DNA from: a virus
Taxonomy: Duplodnaviria; Caudoviricetes
DNA length: 64,000 nt
Direction: 5' to 3' (one strand)
IMG/VR virus record: IMGVR_UViG_3300014031_000001
Location: 1 to 64,000 of that record
Positions 46,174 to 56,164 of this stretch are shown piece after piece. The notes under the pieces were generated by a model. It was not told where the DNA came from, did not search any database, and saw only the letters and a list, made by a program, of their open reading frames with translations. Both the position numbers and the translations under genes were made by a program. Every line of letters starts with the position of its first letter. The first letter of the stretch is position 1.

Positions 46174-48357
46174 TTACGCTTCGATGGCGATGTCGATCCC
46201 GTTAAGGGGGACCGGGAAGTCATAGCGAAAGCGCAGGAGGACCGTGTCGATCTGGTCAGGCGACTCAACCAGGGTCTTCAGGGCGCCGGCGCGGATGACG
46301 CCGCCGAACTTAGCAATGCGCGTCGTATCGCGCAGGTAGAGGGTCGCGGCCTTCGCCGTGGACTTCAGCTCGGTGATCGTCGTGTCGACGATGTTGTACT
46401 GGCCCACGAAGCGGCGGTAGGTCGAGCGCAGGAACTTCGACGCGAAGTCGACGTTCTTCGTGATGCTGTACTCTTGGAACTTGATCGCCGAGCGGTCGGT
46501 CGTCAGCTGGTGGCGGCAGTAGAGCGGCTGGTCGCCGCCGTCCTGGGCCATGACCATCGTGCCGCCCTCGGCAACGGCGTCGAGCTGGTCGTCGTTGAAG
46601 TACTTGGACCCGTGCTCGCTGCCGAGGAAGCCCGAGAGCGCCAGGTTGGTGAGACCCTGCTGCGGCGGCAGGCCAGTCGTCAGCGCCGCGACGGCGGCCG
46701 TCAGGTAGTAGCCAGGGACCTTCTGGATCGTCTGCCCGACCGGTAGCTTCACGACGTCTGGCCAGACGTGGACGACGCGCCGGCTGCCAAGCGCGCTGCT
46801 GAAGCCGGCGACCAGCGCCGCCTGCTCGGACTTTTGCAGGTCGCGGTCGATCTGGTAGCTGAGCTGCGGCGTCACGGCCGAGACGCCGATGATGGCCGCA
46901 GAGAGCACCAGCTTTTTTTCGCTAAGAACGGTGGCGATCTTAAAGCGGCCGGCGTCGGCCCCCGCCAGCACCGTCAGGTAGTGGCCGGCCGAGACGCCGT
47001 TGCTCACGAAGGCGGCGTTGCGGTCGTAGAAGGTCTTGCCGTCGGCCTCGAGGCCGTCCTGGCGAGCGACCGTGTAGCTAAGGTCCGTCTGGCTGGCACC
47101 CGTGAGAAAGCTCGCGCTGAGCTGAAGGCTCGTCGCCGAGGGCTTCGCAAGGACCGTGTAGGTCCCGTCCGTGATGCCGGAGTGCGCCACCAAGATGACC
47201 GAGTCGCCGACCTCGACGGCGTCGAAGAGCCCCGACGTCACGTCGTTCAGGACGTCGGCCGAGCCGCTTGCGGCCGCGCCGACAGCGCTGGTGGCGACGA
47301 CGCGCGCCGCGAGCAAGTCACTCGTGGTGATCTCGCCGTCCTGAAGGACCTGCACCGACTTCAGGGTCGAGCTGAAGAGGGCGACGCGCTCGCGCTTCTT
47401 ACCGGGTGCCGACAGCTGCTCGGCGTGGTTTTTAAACGTCGTGGCGACCACGGGGTTTTGCGACAGCAGCGAGATGGCGTACATCTCCGTCTGGGAGAGC
47501 ACGTCGGCGGCGGCGACAAAGGCCGTCACCTCGTCGGTGGCGTAGTCGAGGCTGAGGCCGAGCCCGTTGACGGGACTCACCGTGTTTTGCTTCATGATCT
47601 GGAGGGCGAAGGCCAGCGGGTTGGCCGGGTGGATCTGGCCGCTTCCGAAGAGGGCTTCGATGTCTCCGATACGGCCGATCTCGTGCACTTCAGCGGCCAA
47701 GTCGCCGCGCAGCGCGCGGTAGCTCGCCTCGACGCGCGCGGACGTCACGTCGAAGGCGACGCTGTTGATCAGCACCTGGAGGCCCAGGGGCAAGGTGACG
47801 GCGGAGGCATCGGCCGTGAAGCCGCTGGCGCCCCGTGCGAGCTCGACGTCGACGGTAAGCGTGCGCGTCACCTTGTAGGCGATGCTGGCGCCGTCGACCG
47901 GAACCGGGATCTGCAAGGTGAGCGTGTTGGCGTCGACCTTGGCCATGACCAGGTAGGAGCCGGCGTTGGCGCCGGTCGTGACGACGACATAGTCGCCGGG
48001 CAGTACGGCGGCGAAGGCTGCGGAGGTAGCGTCCGTGAAGGCCGCGCCGGCGCCGACGCCGGTGGAGCGCGGGGCGATGATCTCGAGCGTGGGGCGCTGG
48101 AGAACCACGGTGAGGGGCTTTTTGGTGATCGGGAACTTCTCGTCGGGGGCAAGCACGGCCAGGTCAACCGCGGCACCGGCGATCACCGAGGCGTAGGCGT
48201 AGGCGTGCTGCGTACCGTCGTAGAGCCCAAGGTAGTCGTTATCGACGAGCTGGTAGGCCGGCCCCACCGTGACGCTTGGCAGAGCCGAGGCGCTGAGGGC
48301 AGGAACGAGGCCGACGAATTCTTGAGTGACGGTCACTCCTGGACGGCGGTACGCCAT
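46174..48357 (-). CDS. contractile tail sheath protein
   Basis: MAYRRPGV.V.QE N-terminus; AAVAAL...P.QGLTN; RHQLTTD...QEYSI....DF; PVPLN.I.I. Confidence 0.88.
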   Translation of the reverse strand: MAYRRPGVTVTQEFVGLVPALSASALPSVTVGPAYQLVDNDYLGLYDGTQHAYAYASVIAGAAVDLAVLAPDEKFPITKKPLTVVLQRPTLEIIAPRSTGVGAGAAFTDATSAAFAAVLPGDYVVVTTGANAGSYLVMAKVDANTLTLQIPVPVDGASIAYKVTRTLTVDVELARGASGFTADASAVTLPLGLQVLINSVAFDVTSARVEASYRALRGDLAAEVHEIGRIGDIEALFGSGQIHPANPLAFALQIMKQNTVSPVNGLGLSLDYATDEVTAFVAAADVLSQTEMYAISLLSQNPVVATTFKNHAEQLSAPGKKRERVALFSSTLKSVQVLQDGEITTSDLLAARVVATSAVGAAASGSADVLNDVTSGLFDAVEVGDSVILVAHSGITDGTYTVLAKPSATSLQLSASFLTGASQTDLSYTVARQDGLEADGKTFYDRNAAFVSNGVSAGHYLTVLAGADAGRFKIATVLSEKKLVLSAAIIGVSAVTPQLSYQIDRDLQKSEQAALVAGFSSALGSRRVVHVWPDVVKLPVGQTIQKVPGYYLTAAVAALTTGLPPQQGLTNLALSGFLGSEHGSKYFNDDQLDAVAEGGTMVMAQDGGDQPLYCRHQLTTDRSAIKFQEYSITKNVDFASKFLRSTYRRFVGQYNIVDTTITELKSTAKAATLYLRDTTRIAKFGGVIRAGALKTLVESPDQIDTVLLRFRYDFPVPLNGIDIAIEA

Positions 48358-48361
48358 GGGC

Positions 48362-49009
48362 TCACCTCACATTGAAAAGAGTTTCGATGACGATTTGTTG
48401 AAGCTTACGTGCAGCTGTGTCAGAGAGCACCCAACGATCCTGCACCAGTGCCGTCACGTAGACCGGCACGAGCGTAGTCTTGTCGTTTGCTCCCTCCGTT
48501 TCGATCAACGACTCGGCACCGATGTTGAGGCTTTTGATGGTAAACAGGCCGTACTGTTGAAGGACCGGACGGAAGAATTTCAGCGAGTTGAACACGATGT
48601 GCCCAAGCTGCTCCGCCTCGACGCCTTCGCGGCTGATACACGAGAAAGCCACTGAACCGGTAAGCAAAGTGCTGAACGTAGTATCCCCGGAACGCATGTT
48701 GCGGCCTTCTACGGCGCTACCGCCGAGACCGCCCGCATCCTGCCAACCGAGGGGACCCCTTACTGCAATGATCGCGGGCCTGACGCTGATGGCGTCAAGG
48801 TCGACCGCGTGCAAGTCGCAGATTTGGAGCTCTGTCGCTGTGTTATCCGGGTCGTAGTGAAACGACCCTTTGTCGCGCTGTGCAAAGAGGATCTGCAAGA
48901 ATTCTAGCAGTGTACGTCTTAGAAATATAGCCAGATTGGGGATCTTCTCCCCTGTCGCGATGCTGCGCGGTTCGGTCGATACAGCGAAGCCTTCGGTTAT
49001 TTTGCTCAT
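48362..49009 (-). CDS. putative tail completion/terminator protein
   Basis: Position upstream of the sheath; RPAIIAVRG...CISREGVEAEQL. Confidence 0.5.
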   Translation of the reverse strand: MSKITEGFAVSTEPRSIATGEKIPNLAIFLRRTLLEFLQILFAQRDKGSFHYDPDNTATELQICDLHAVDLDAISVRPAIIAVRGPLGWQDAGGLGGSAVEGRNMRSGDTTFSTLLTGSVAFSCISREGVEAEQLGHIVFNSLKFFRPVLQQYGLFTIKSLNIGAESLIETEGANDKTTLVPVYVTALVQDRWVLSDTAARKLQQIVIETLFNVR

Positions 49010-49173
49010 CGGCGGCCCCTGCCGCGCGGTTTAGCGGCGGCCTTGTTGTGGTGGGCTTCCAGCGTCTTCACGACGTGCTGAAGCGCCCCCTGGAGGGACT
49101 TGAAAACCTGAATCCCCGCCAGGTTCTTGAGGGCTATCGGGGACTTCTTCGCCGCCGTGGCGTCGGTCGTCAT
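49006..49173 (-). CDS. 55-aa basic protein (not in ORF track)
   Basis: ATGA coupling at both ends. Confidence 0.45.
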   Translation of the reverse strand: MTTDATAAKKSPIALKNLAGIQVFKSLQGALQHVVKTLEAHHNKAAAKPRGRGRR

Positions 49174-49496
49174 ACGGCCATGCTCGGCACGCCACGGCCG
49201 GTCACCCTGGAAGTCGGGCCACCGCCGGTCGGCGCCACGGTCGGCGGCTTCGTCGTCGTCGCCGTCACCTGTACGGGGGTCGCTGCGTGCGAGGGCTTGG
49301 GCGTCGGTAGCGGCGTGGGGGTCGCGCGCGAGGCGATGGTGATGCCGCTCGAGGGCTTCGCCATCGGCACCTTGCCCGACATGCTAGGCGCCTTCGGTAG
49401 CCCCGAGCGCAGCCCCGGCATCATCCCGATCAAGGTGTTGCCCTTGGCGAGCTTCTCGTGAAAGCCCGTCAGGAAAAAGCCCAGTGCGTTCATCAA
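49170..49496 (-). CDS. Pro/Thr-rich protein with FLTGFHEKLA motif
   Basis: ATGA coupling; motif variant. Confidence 0.55.
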   Translation of the reverse strand: MMNALGFFLTGFHEKLAKGNTLIGMMPGLRSGLPKAPSMSGKVPMAKPSSGITIASRATPTPLPTPKPSHAATPVQVTATTTKPPTVAPTGGGPTSRVTGRGVPSMAV

Positions 49497-50362
49497 AATT
49501 CGGTCTCCTTGCGGCGCTCTTCCAGAAGCGCCAGCATGGCGAGACAGCGCTCCTCGGGGAGGTCGAGCTTGTACTCGATGTCGGAGCGGTTCACGGCGTC
49601 GCCGCGCGCGAACTGCAAGGTCGTCGCGCGGTTTTTCTCGGCGCTACTCACCTGGGTCAGGTTCCAGAACTTGTGGGTCTGGGCCTCGTACAGCACGTCA
49701 TCGACGCGCAAGACCGGGTGGTTGGTAAACCGCAGGTCGGTCTGGTTGGCCTGGCGCAGGCCCCAGTCGGCCACCTGGACCACCTTCGGGTCAGGCTCGA
49801 AGCCGACCCAGGCGTCGATCGGCGGGTAGTAGCCACCGGTGACGCCCGTGCCAAAACAGACGGTACAGCTGGAGCTCGTGACCCGCTTTAGGACCGGATC
49901 AAAGCAGTTGGTGCAGCGCTCGCCGTCGTGTCTTTTTTGGAAGATGAGGCACGGCGTCCCGGCCGACGTGTAGCGGTAGAGGAAAAGGTGCTCCTCCACG
50001 ACGTAGAGGCCGACCAGGTCGAGGCTACCCGTCCACGTGAAGAGTGGCGACGTGAAGGTCTGTACGGCGGCGCCGGCGATGATCTCGACGGCGCGCACGC
50101 GGTAGTAGTAGACCTTGTGAAGGTCCAAGAGATTGGCCGTGTAGTCGACGAACTCACGCTTGGCCGACGTCGGGATGGCGTCGGTGTGGAGCTGGTGCAT
50201 TTCCTCGGGGCTCTCGCCGCGGTCGACAAAGAAGACGAGCCCGCGGATGTTCTGGGCCGTCTTCTCGAGCTCCCACTCGACGAGCACGCGCGAGATGTGC
50301 TCCACCGAGAGGATGGTAGCCGTCGCCGACTTGAAGCTAAGGTTTTTGAGGTTCCCGGCCAT
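49493..50362 (-). CDS. putative neck/head-closure protein with zinc finger
   Basis: YYYRVRA FN3-like N-part; RCTNCFD...CTVCFGTG..GGY; position between head and tail genes. Confidence 0.55.
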   Translation of the reverse strand: MAGNLKNLSFKSATATILSVEHISRVLVEWELEKTAQNIRGLVFFVDRGESPEEMHQLHTDAIPTSAKREFVDYTANLLDLHKVYYYRVRAVEIIAGAAVQTFTSPLFTWTGSLDLVGLYVVEEHLFLYRYTSAGTPCLIFQKRHDGERCTNCFDPVLKRVTSSSCTVCFGTGVTGGYYPPIDAWVGFEPDPKVVQVADWGLRQANQTDLRFTNHPVLRVDDVLYEAQTHKFWNLTQVSSAEKNRATTLQFARGDAVNRSDIEYKLDLPEERCLAMLALLEERRKETEF

Positions 50363-50830
50363 TTAGTAGCCGCGTCCATCGTCCTGCTCCTGGGCTTGGG
50401 ACTGCTGACGCTGCTTGTGGGCATGGTGCTGAGCCAAGCCCGCTAACGCGGCGGCCGTGGCTGTGCGGACCATGCGGTTTTGCCCGTCCGACTGGGAGTC
50501 CTGGATCTCCGCCGGCATCAGCTCGACGCGACGGCGGTGCTCCGTTTCATTGCTGGCGTCGATGCTGTTACGAACGCTCGGGCGCGTGCGCAGCATGTGG
50601 TCGGCAACGTCGCGCGAGGCGTTGGAGCGGCTGATCGCCGGCCACAGGCCCAGCGTTGGAATGCCGGTGAGCCACGGGTGCTTAAGGCCCGCGCGGCTGT
50701 TGTTCTCGCGGTCCAGCTCCGTCTGCGCCGCGGGAGCATCGTCGCCCGTCAGATAGTGCCCAAGGTGGGTCTCGACGTCGCTGAGGCGCGCCTTTGCCTG
50801 CTTTTCGAATCCGTTCCAGAAGTGGCTCAT
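50363..50830 (-). CDS. putative internal virion protein
   Basis: MSHFWNGFEKQA N-terminus. Confidence 0.6.
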   Translation of the reverse strand: MSHFWNGFEKQAKARLSDVETHLGHYLTGDDAPAAQTELDRENNSRAGLKHPWLTGIPTLGLWPAISRSNASRDVADHMLRTRPSVRNSIDASNETEHRRRVELMPAEIQDSQSDGQNRMVRTATAAALAGLAQHHAHKQRQQSQAQEQDDGRGY

Positions 50831-50840
50831 GTTCCTGTCC

Positions 50841-53573
50841 TTAAGCGATGGTGTCGATGCCTAGCTCTTTTTTCGTCTCAAACTCGTTCACGTAGCTCTT
50901 GGAGCCCACGTACTTGCGCTCCATCTTCTTGCGCAGCTTGTCGCTGTAGCGGGTGATGCCGACGTCCAGGTCCTTGCCGCCGCCGACGGCGCCCGACAGG
51001 ATCTTTTGCTTCGCCAGGGCCGACAAGATTGGAGTTGCGAGCCCAAAAGTGATGCCGGCCGCTACGGCAGGCACCGCCGCACGCGCGATCGGGTTGTTTT
51101 TCCACTTGGCAGGCAAGATCGTGGTAAAGGCCTTGTCGAGGGTGCTGTTGATGGCCTTTGTGGCCTTACCGCCCCCGCCGCCCATGCTGTGTAGCTGCCA
51201 AAGAATCGGCAGGCCCGTCATCGCGAGCTCCAGGCCTGCCTTAGCGTCGATGACGCGCTCGTCGAGCTTCGACTCTGCCAGGATTTTGGAGTAGTGCTGC
51301 TTTTTGGTGAGCGACTCCATGCCGCGGTCGAGCAGCATCTGCTTCATCTTGGCCTCGACCGCCTTCTCGGCGCCGGCGCTAACGCGTCTGCCGATAAAGT
51401 TTCCGGGGATGCTACCGACAATCCTTCCGATGGTATGGCCGTACTGATCGACCAGCATGTCGGCAGCCGCATCCAGGACAAGTCTTTCGGAGCCAGGTGC
51501 GAGCTCCTCTATGCCCAGAAGGGAGTGGTCGCCGGAGCTGCGTGGGAGGCCCAAAGTTCTCGGTTGGCCGACTTGGTGCGGACTTCTCGCTTCGTGGGCG
51601 GGCTTTTTACCCTCCCCGCCCAGCGCACCAATGACTGACCCAACATTGGCGCGAAGCTCGGCGGGCATCTCGCCAAACGCAGAGGTGGCCCGCTCTTGAA
51701 GCCCTTTCAGCAGACTGCCCATATCGACGGCGTCGTCGTCGCTTGCGCGCTTTTCGATGACGTCGCGAAAGTCCTTGTTGAGGTCGTCTTTCCTCTTTGC
51801 GATCGAGTAAATCCAGTGGTCGACGCCCTTGTTGCCCTTGGGCATAAACTTGGCGAGCCCGGAAGCCTCCGGCACGGCGTAGTAGCGGCGGATCTCGACC
51901 TTGCGCTCAGCCTCAGGGCGGTGGGCGAGAGACCCCATGCGCATGACGCGCGCTTCGGCCTGCTGAATCATCTCGGGGTTGTAGTGCCCCTCCATCATCT
52001 GCATCATCGTGCCGTGCTTTAGGTCAAGACCCTGGGCGCCAGCACTCGAGAGCAGCAGGATTCTCGTCTTATTGGCGTTGAAGTCCTTGATGGCCTTGGA
52101 GCGCGTGTCGGCCGTGACGCCCTCTTGGCCCGAGCCTACGAACTTGTCGTAGTGCATGTCTTCGGCCTTGAGCGCCTTTTCCACCGCGTCAAGCCCGCCG
52201 CGGAGCAGGTTGTGGTAGATGACGGTACGGTTTTCCGGGTGCGCCGCCAGGTGCGCCTTGGCGTCGTCCAGGACGGCACGCACCTTGGGCGAGTAGTCAG
52301 CGGGGTTTTTACCCTCGAGTCGCTTGTCGAAAAGGCCAGGGTCAGTCGCGACTTGACGCGCCTGCAGGAGCTTCGAGAAGGCGTCTCTGGCCTCGCGCTG
52401 GCCGACCGGGATGTTGTTGCGAATCTTCCAGCGGGTGATCGGGTCCACTGACGACATCGAGAAGTCGTAGAGCTTTTTTTGGTCCGGCGTCATCGTGACT
52501 TCGACGTCGATGGTCTTCTTGTCGGGCATGTCGCCCGAGACTTCGTCGCGGCCGACGTAGTCGATCTTGTTGCCCAGGTACTTGGCGAGCTGGGGCTTAT
52601 TTTTCAGGCTCTTCGTGATCTCGACTTTGGGGCTAAAGAAGCCGACCTTCTTCGCGTCCTTTTGGACAAAGAGGTTGTCGAAGAACTTCTTGTTCACGAG
52701 CTTGTGGCTGCCAGGACCGAAGGTGACGTCCATCAGCGGCACGACGTCGGCCGGCTCGTTATTCACGATGGAGCCGGTGAGAGTGATCGCCTGCTTGAAC
52801 TTGGGCCGCACCTCGCGCAGCATGTTGTAGGTCGACCCCTGTTCGTCGCGCACCTTGTGGACTTCGTCCATGATGAGCGTGTCGGCGCCTGTGTCGGCCA
52901 GGATCTGTGCGTGATGCTGGCGGAAGAGTTCGTACGAGACGACGTTGTAGTCGGCCTTGGAAGGCTGCCCGACGTCGAGGTTGTGACGCTCGTTCTTCGG
53001 GCCGTAGACGGCCGACGTCGAGTTGGTGAACTTCTTCACGCCGTTTTCGACAAAGTTCTCGCGCAGGCTGGCGGGCACGACGACGATGGCGCGCACGGCC
53101 TTGCCGGCCTTACGCAGCTTTTCAAAAGAGGCGATCGCCGTCAGCGTCTTGCCGCTCCCCGTTGGGTGAGCGGCCAGAAGACTGTTGTTGTTGCCCGGGT
53201 CGTCGAGGCGCTCGAGGGCGCGTGTCTGGTGCGGCTTTAGCTGGACTTCGGCGTTGAGTGCGGCTGCCTTGTAGAAACCGCGCAGGACGGGGTGCCCGAG
53301 CTTTCCCATCATCTTCTTGCCGACGCTATGACCGTACGCGCCGCCACCGACTATGCCGGCCAAGGCCCCTAGGAGCGGTGCCTTGGACAAAAGTTTGTCT
53401 TTGGTCGTGTGGTCGCGTTTGTCCTTGAGCTTGTCTTCGTAGCGGGCGCGTAAGAGTAGGCCGGCGCCGGTGCCGGTGATGGCCCCGCCGAAGCCGCCGA
53501 GCGCACTCGTCGCGAGGCGACCCATCAGGTCAAGTTTATCTGGTACCAACCCGGCTGTCTTCTCGTCTGCCAT
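50841..53573 (-). CDS. SNF2-family (SF2) helicase/ATPase with Gly-rich extensions
   Basis: LKPHQ, HPTGSGKT, VVPASL, DEVH, LTGS...N, GAQGLDL, QAEARVMR.G. Confidence 0.9.
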   Translation of the reverse strand: MADEKTAGLVPDKLDLMGRLATSALGGFGGAITGTGAGLLLRARYEDKLKDKRDHTTKDKLLSKAPLLGALAGIVGGGAYGHSVGKKMMGKLGHPVLRGFYKAAALNAEVQLKPHQTRALERLDDPGNNNSLLAAHPTGSGKTLTAIASFEKLRKAGKAVRAIVVVPASLRENFVENGVKKFTNSTSAVYGPKNERHNLDVGQPSKADYNVVSYELFRQHHAQILADTGADTLIMDEVHKVRDEQGSTYNMLREVRPKFKQAITLTGSIVNNEPADVVPLMDVTFGPGSHKLVNKKFFDNLFVQKDAKKVGFFSPKVEITKSLKNKPQLAKYLGNKIDYVGRDEVSGDMPDKKTIDVEVTMTPDQKKLYDFSMSSVDPITRWKIRNNIPVGQREARDAFSKLLQARQVATDPGLFDKRLEGKNPADYSPKVRAVLDDAKAHLAAHPENRTVIYHNLLRGGLDAVEKALKAEDMHYDKFVGSGQEGVTADTRSKAIKDFNANKTRILLLSSAGAQGLDLKHGTMMQMMEGHYNPEMIQQAEARVMRMGSLAHRPEAERKVEIRRYYAVPEASGLAKFMPKGNKGVDHWIYSIAKRKDDLNKDFRDVIEKRASDDDAVDMGSLLKGLQERATSAFGEMPAELRANVGSVIGALGGEGKKPAHEARSPHQVGQPRTLGLPRSSGDHSLLGIEELAPGSERLVLDAAADMLVDQYGHTIGRIVGSIPGNFIGRRVSAGAEKAVEAKMKQMLLDRGMESLTKKQHYSKILAESKLDERVIDAKAGLELAMTGLPILWQLHSMGGGGGKATKAINSTLDKAFTTILPAKWKNNPIARAAVPAVAAGITFGLATPILSALAKQKILSGAVGGGKDLDVGITRYSDKLRKKMERKYVGSKSYVNEFETKKELGIDTIA

Positions 53574-53584
53574 GCCACAAACCC

Positions 53585-54058
53585 CTACCAGCTGTATCCG
53601 ATAGTGTCGTACTCGGAGCTAACGCCGCCCCAACCGCCGCGGATGTTTTGGAACATCTTCATGTTGCGCTTTTTGAGCTCGTACTCGTTGGCGAAGTTGA
53701 TCGCCCAGGTCATGTAGTAGTTGCTCTTGTTGGAGCGCATGAAGCTCGAGCCGCCTGCGTTGTACTGCAGCTCGTTTCGAGCTTGGACGATGCTCTGCGT
53801 CTTGAGCACCTGGATGGCGGCGCCGTGCATCAGCATGTAGAGGCTCGGGTAGTTCCCGATGTCCACAGAGCCGCAGAACGGCGCCGTCGCGTTCCAGTCG
53901 CTCAGCGCCATCTCGATGGCAAAGGTCAAAAGCTCGTCGTCCGTCTCTTCCTTGCGGATGAGCCGGTTGATCTCTTTGGTGTCACGTAAAAAAAGGCGAA
54001 GATACCGCTTCGCCTTTTGCAACCGTGCGGTCGCCTCTGCCGTCAAGCCAGCCATCAC
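53585..54058 (-). CDS. putative head-tail adaptor
   Basis: LRLFLRD..EIN.L...E..D.LL...N.LQY..GG; two genes downstream of the MCP. Confidence 0.55.
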   Translation of the reverse strand: MMAGLTAEATARLQKAKRYLRLFLRDTKEINRLIRKEETDDELLTFAIEMALSDWNATAPFCGSVDIGNYPSLYMLMHGAAIQVLKTQSIVQARNELQYNAGGSSFMRSNKSNYYMTWAINFANEYELKKRNMKMFQNIRGGWGGVSSEYDTIGYSW

Positions 54059-54594
54059 ACCCCCGTTGGGACCGCGTCAAGAGTGCTGCTTTTTTCTTGC
54101 TTGTCTTTTTTGCCGTTGCCGCTGCGGTTAGGCGCAGTGACGACGAAGTTCGGCGCACCGTCAGGGTTGACGGCGCCCGGGTACTCCTGGGTGCTCTCGG
54201 GGCTGCTAGCCTCGTTGCCCTTGCCCATCTCGTTGACGACGGCGCGGCGGCGGCCGTCGTCACCCTTCGCGGGCTGGCCAGCTTCCGAGACGGGGGCATT
54301 GGCCGTGCGGCTTTGCGCGTGGTCGCGCAAGACGGCGGCGACGCCGTCGATCTCTTCGATGGAGATGAGGCCGCCCGCCTGCAGGCGGTACATGCCCTCC
54401 GAGACTTCGTTCATGATGCGCGGGTTGTCGCGCGCATGGATAGCGATCAGGCCGTTCTTGTCGTCGCGAAACGAAACGCCGTGACCCACTTTTTCGATCG
54501 CTTTGCGCACGTCGACGCCATCCGCGTTGAGGCGGGGGGCTTTGATCGTCGTGTTCGTGATCTTGTACTTCGTCCGTTGTTGCTGCTGCGCCAT
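54055..54594 (-). CDS. hypothetical head-region protein
   Basis: AAGGAG RBS. Confidence 0.6.
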   Translation of the reverse strand: MAQQQQRTKYKITNTTIKAPRLNADGVDVRKAIEKVGHGVSFRDDKNGLIAIHARDNPRIMNEVSEGMYRLQAGGLISIEEIDGVAAVLRDHAQSRTANAPVSEAGQPAKGDDGRRRAVVNEMGKGNEASSPESTQEYPGAVNPDGAPNFVVTAPNRSGNGKKDKQEKSSTLDAVPTGV

Positions 54595-54620
54595 GCTGAA
54601 TACTCCTTGAAAAGTGAGAA

Positions 54621-54647
54621 GGCGGCGGCCCTTTTGAGGCCGCCGCC
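54621..54647 (-). terminator. GC hairpin after the MCP gene
   Basis: GGCGGCGGCC arms pair (9-10 bp), followed on the - strand by TTCTCACTTTT. Confidence 0.6.
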
Positions 54648-54656
54648 GATGTCAGA

Positions 54657-55586
54657 TCAGATCGTGCCGCCGACGGGGATCGGGTTCGGAACGTCGAGCT
54701 CGATCTTGGCGATCGACTTGATGTTTCCGAAGCCTTCGGCGATGTACTCCCAGCTCTTCCAGAGGACCAGGTCGGCCTCCTTCTTGATCCAGAACTTGAT
54801 GTCGTTCAGGATGAAGAAGTTTCCGAGGTAGCTCGGCTCCGTATAGGCCCAGACTTCGCCTGGGGCCACGATGTCGTGCTTGTTGGTGACAACCAACTTA
54901 CGCTTCAGGATCGTCTGGTACTTGTAGCCGTCGACCGTGATCTCGGACGCCAGGGGCGAGCCGATTTCAGTGGCGGGCTGGATCAACCAGTCATCCCAGT
55001 CGACGGTGTTCATCAGCACGGTGCCGACGGACAGCTCATCGTAGTCGATCATCTTGAAGAGACTGTTGATCTCTTTACGGTCGATCGCCGTCGCCGCGGA
55101 AACGAGGCGCTTGCCCGTGATGGACACGGCCGCTTCCGAGTACTCGATGAACTTCTCGTCTTCGACGCGCTGGATGTCCTTGACCGAGTTCTCTTCGATG
55201 ACCTTGGTGATCGCGTAGTCGTAGGCGAGGAGCTCGCCTTCGGACTTCACGAACTTCTCGGACTCGACCTTGAAGAACGGCAGGGCGTAGCGCTTGCCTT
55301 GCAGGTAGCGCTCGTCGGCTTCGGAAGCGAAGTTGACGGGCATCGCCTTCGAGTTGTGCTCGATGTCGACGATCTTGATCAGGGTGTCGTGGTTCGTCGC
55401 GCGGGTCAATTCGGCCCGGGTGACGTTCTCCGGTGGAAGGACCCGCCGGGCAAACCCGATTTCACGGATCTTGCTACGGACGAAGGAGGCGCCGGCGGCG
55501 GCGGTCTTCTGGAGACCTTCGGTCGTATCCAACCGCTCAATGAAGAGGTTGTTGAACGTTTGCGCGTCCAAATCGTTGTTATGCAT
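54657..55586 (-). CDS. major capsid protein (HK97/encapsulin-like fold)
   Basis: AGGAG RBS; 309 aa; IRE.GFARRVLP...KDIQRVED.KF; preceded by cement/scaffold/protease genes, followed by a hairpin. Confidence 0.8.
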   Translation of the reverse strand: MHNNDLDAQTFNNLFIERLDTTEGLQKTAAAGASFVRSKIREIGFARRVLPPENVTRAELTRATNHDTLIKIVDIEHNSKAMPVNFASEADERYLQGKRYALPFFKVESEKFVKSEGELLAYDYAITKVIEENSVKDIQRVEDEKFIEYSEAAVSITGKRLVSAATAIDRKEINSLFKMIDYDELSVGTVLMNTVDWDDWLIQPATEIGSPLASEITVDGYKYQTILKRKLVVTNKHDIVAPGEVWAYTEPSYLGNFFILNDIKFWIKKEADLVLWKSWEYIAEGFGNIKSIAKIELDVPNPIPVGGTI

Positions 55587-55664
55587 CTAGTGCATTCTCC
55601 TGCGATGTTTTTTATGTGGCTTTTAGAAACGGGGAGCGTCGAGCCTTGATCAGGTCACTGCGAC

Positions 55665-56144
55665 TTAGGCGTTGGCCATTTCGCAGATCAGGTAGCCGGT
55701 GCCGACGGTCTGGACGACCGCAACGCAGGCTTCGGCGCTGACGACGGGCGCAAGCCACGCCTGGCCAGTGCCGCCGGACTTCGCCGCCAGCTTCACGCCA
55801 GGCGTGTAGGATCCCGCAGGGTCGTACACGGTGGTCTTGAAGATGACGCCAGGTCCCATGATCAAAGTGACAGCGCCCGTCGCATGGACGTCGAAACGGT
55901 CCGTGCCACAAAACACCGGGTAGGAGTTACGAACGCCAGTCGCGCCGGGGCGCTGAACTTTGTCGTCCGAGTTGAGAACGGCCCACTCGCCCTTGAGGAG
56001 CGTCGTGGTGTTCAGGTCAACGAGCTTCTTGTCGACGCGGTGCATGCTTTCCAAGCCGCGAAGGACTTGGAACGCATCGTCGTCGAGGGTCAGATCGGCC
56101 GTGACCGGTGCGACCCGGGTAGGATCGATTGCATTGAGCGACAT
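55665..56144 (-). CDS. putative capsid decoration/cement protein
   Basis: GGAGG RBS; directly upstream of the MCP; GEW...D...TG.VT...Y..G..L. Confidence 0.6.
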   Translation of the reverse strand: MSLNAIDPTRVAPVTADLTLDDDAFQVLRGLESMHRVDKKLVDLNTTTLLKGEWAVLNSDDKVQRPGATGVRNSYPVFCGTDRFDVHATGAVTLIMGPGVIFKTTVYDPAGSYTPGVKLAAKSGGTGQAWLAPVVSAEACVAVVQTVGTGYLICEMANA

Positions 56145-56164
56145 CTCTTGCCTCCAGACAATGT

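Noticed and set aside
46768-48375. Long antisense ORFs (535 aa here; also 52479..53240, 60027..60947, 62929..63861, 15690..16511)
   Set aside because: Shadow frames of real high-GC genes on the opposite strand
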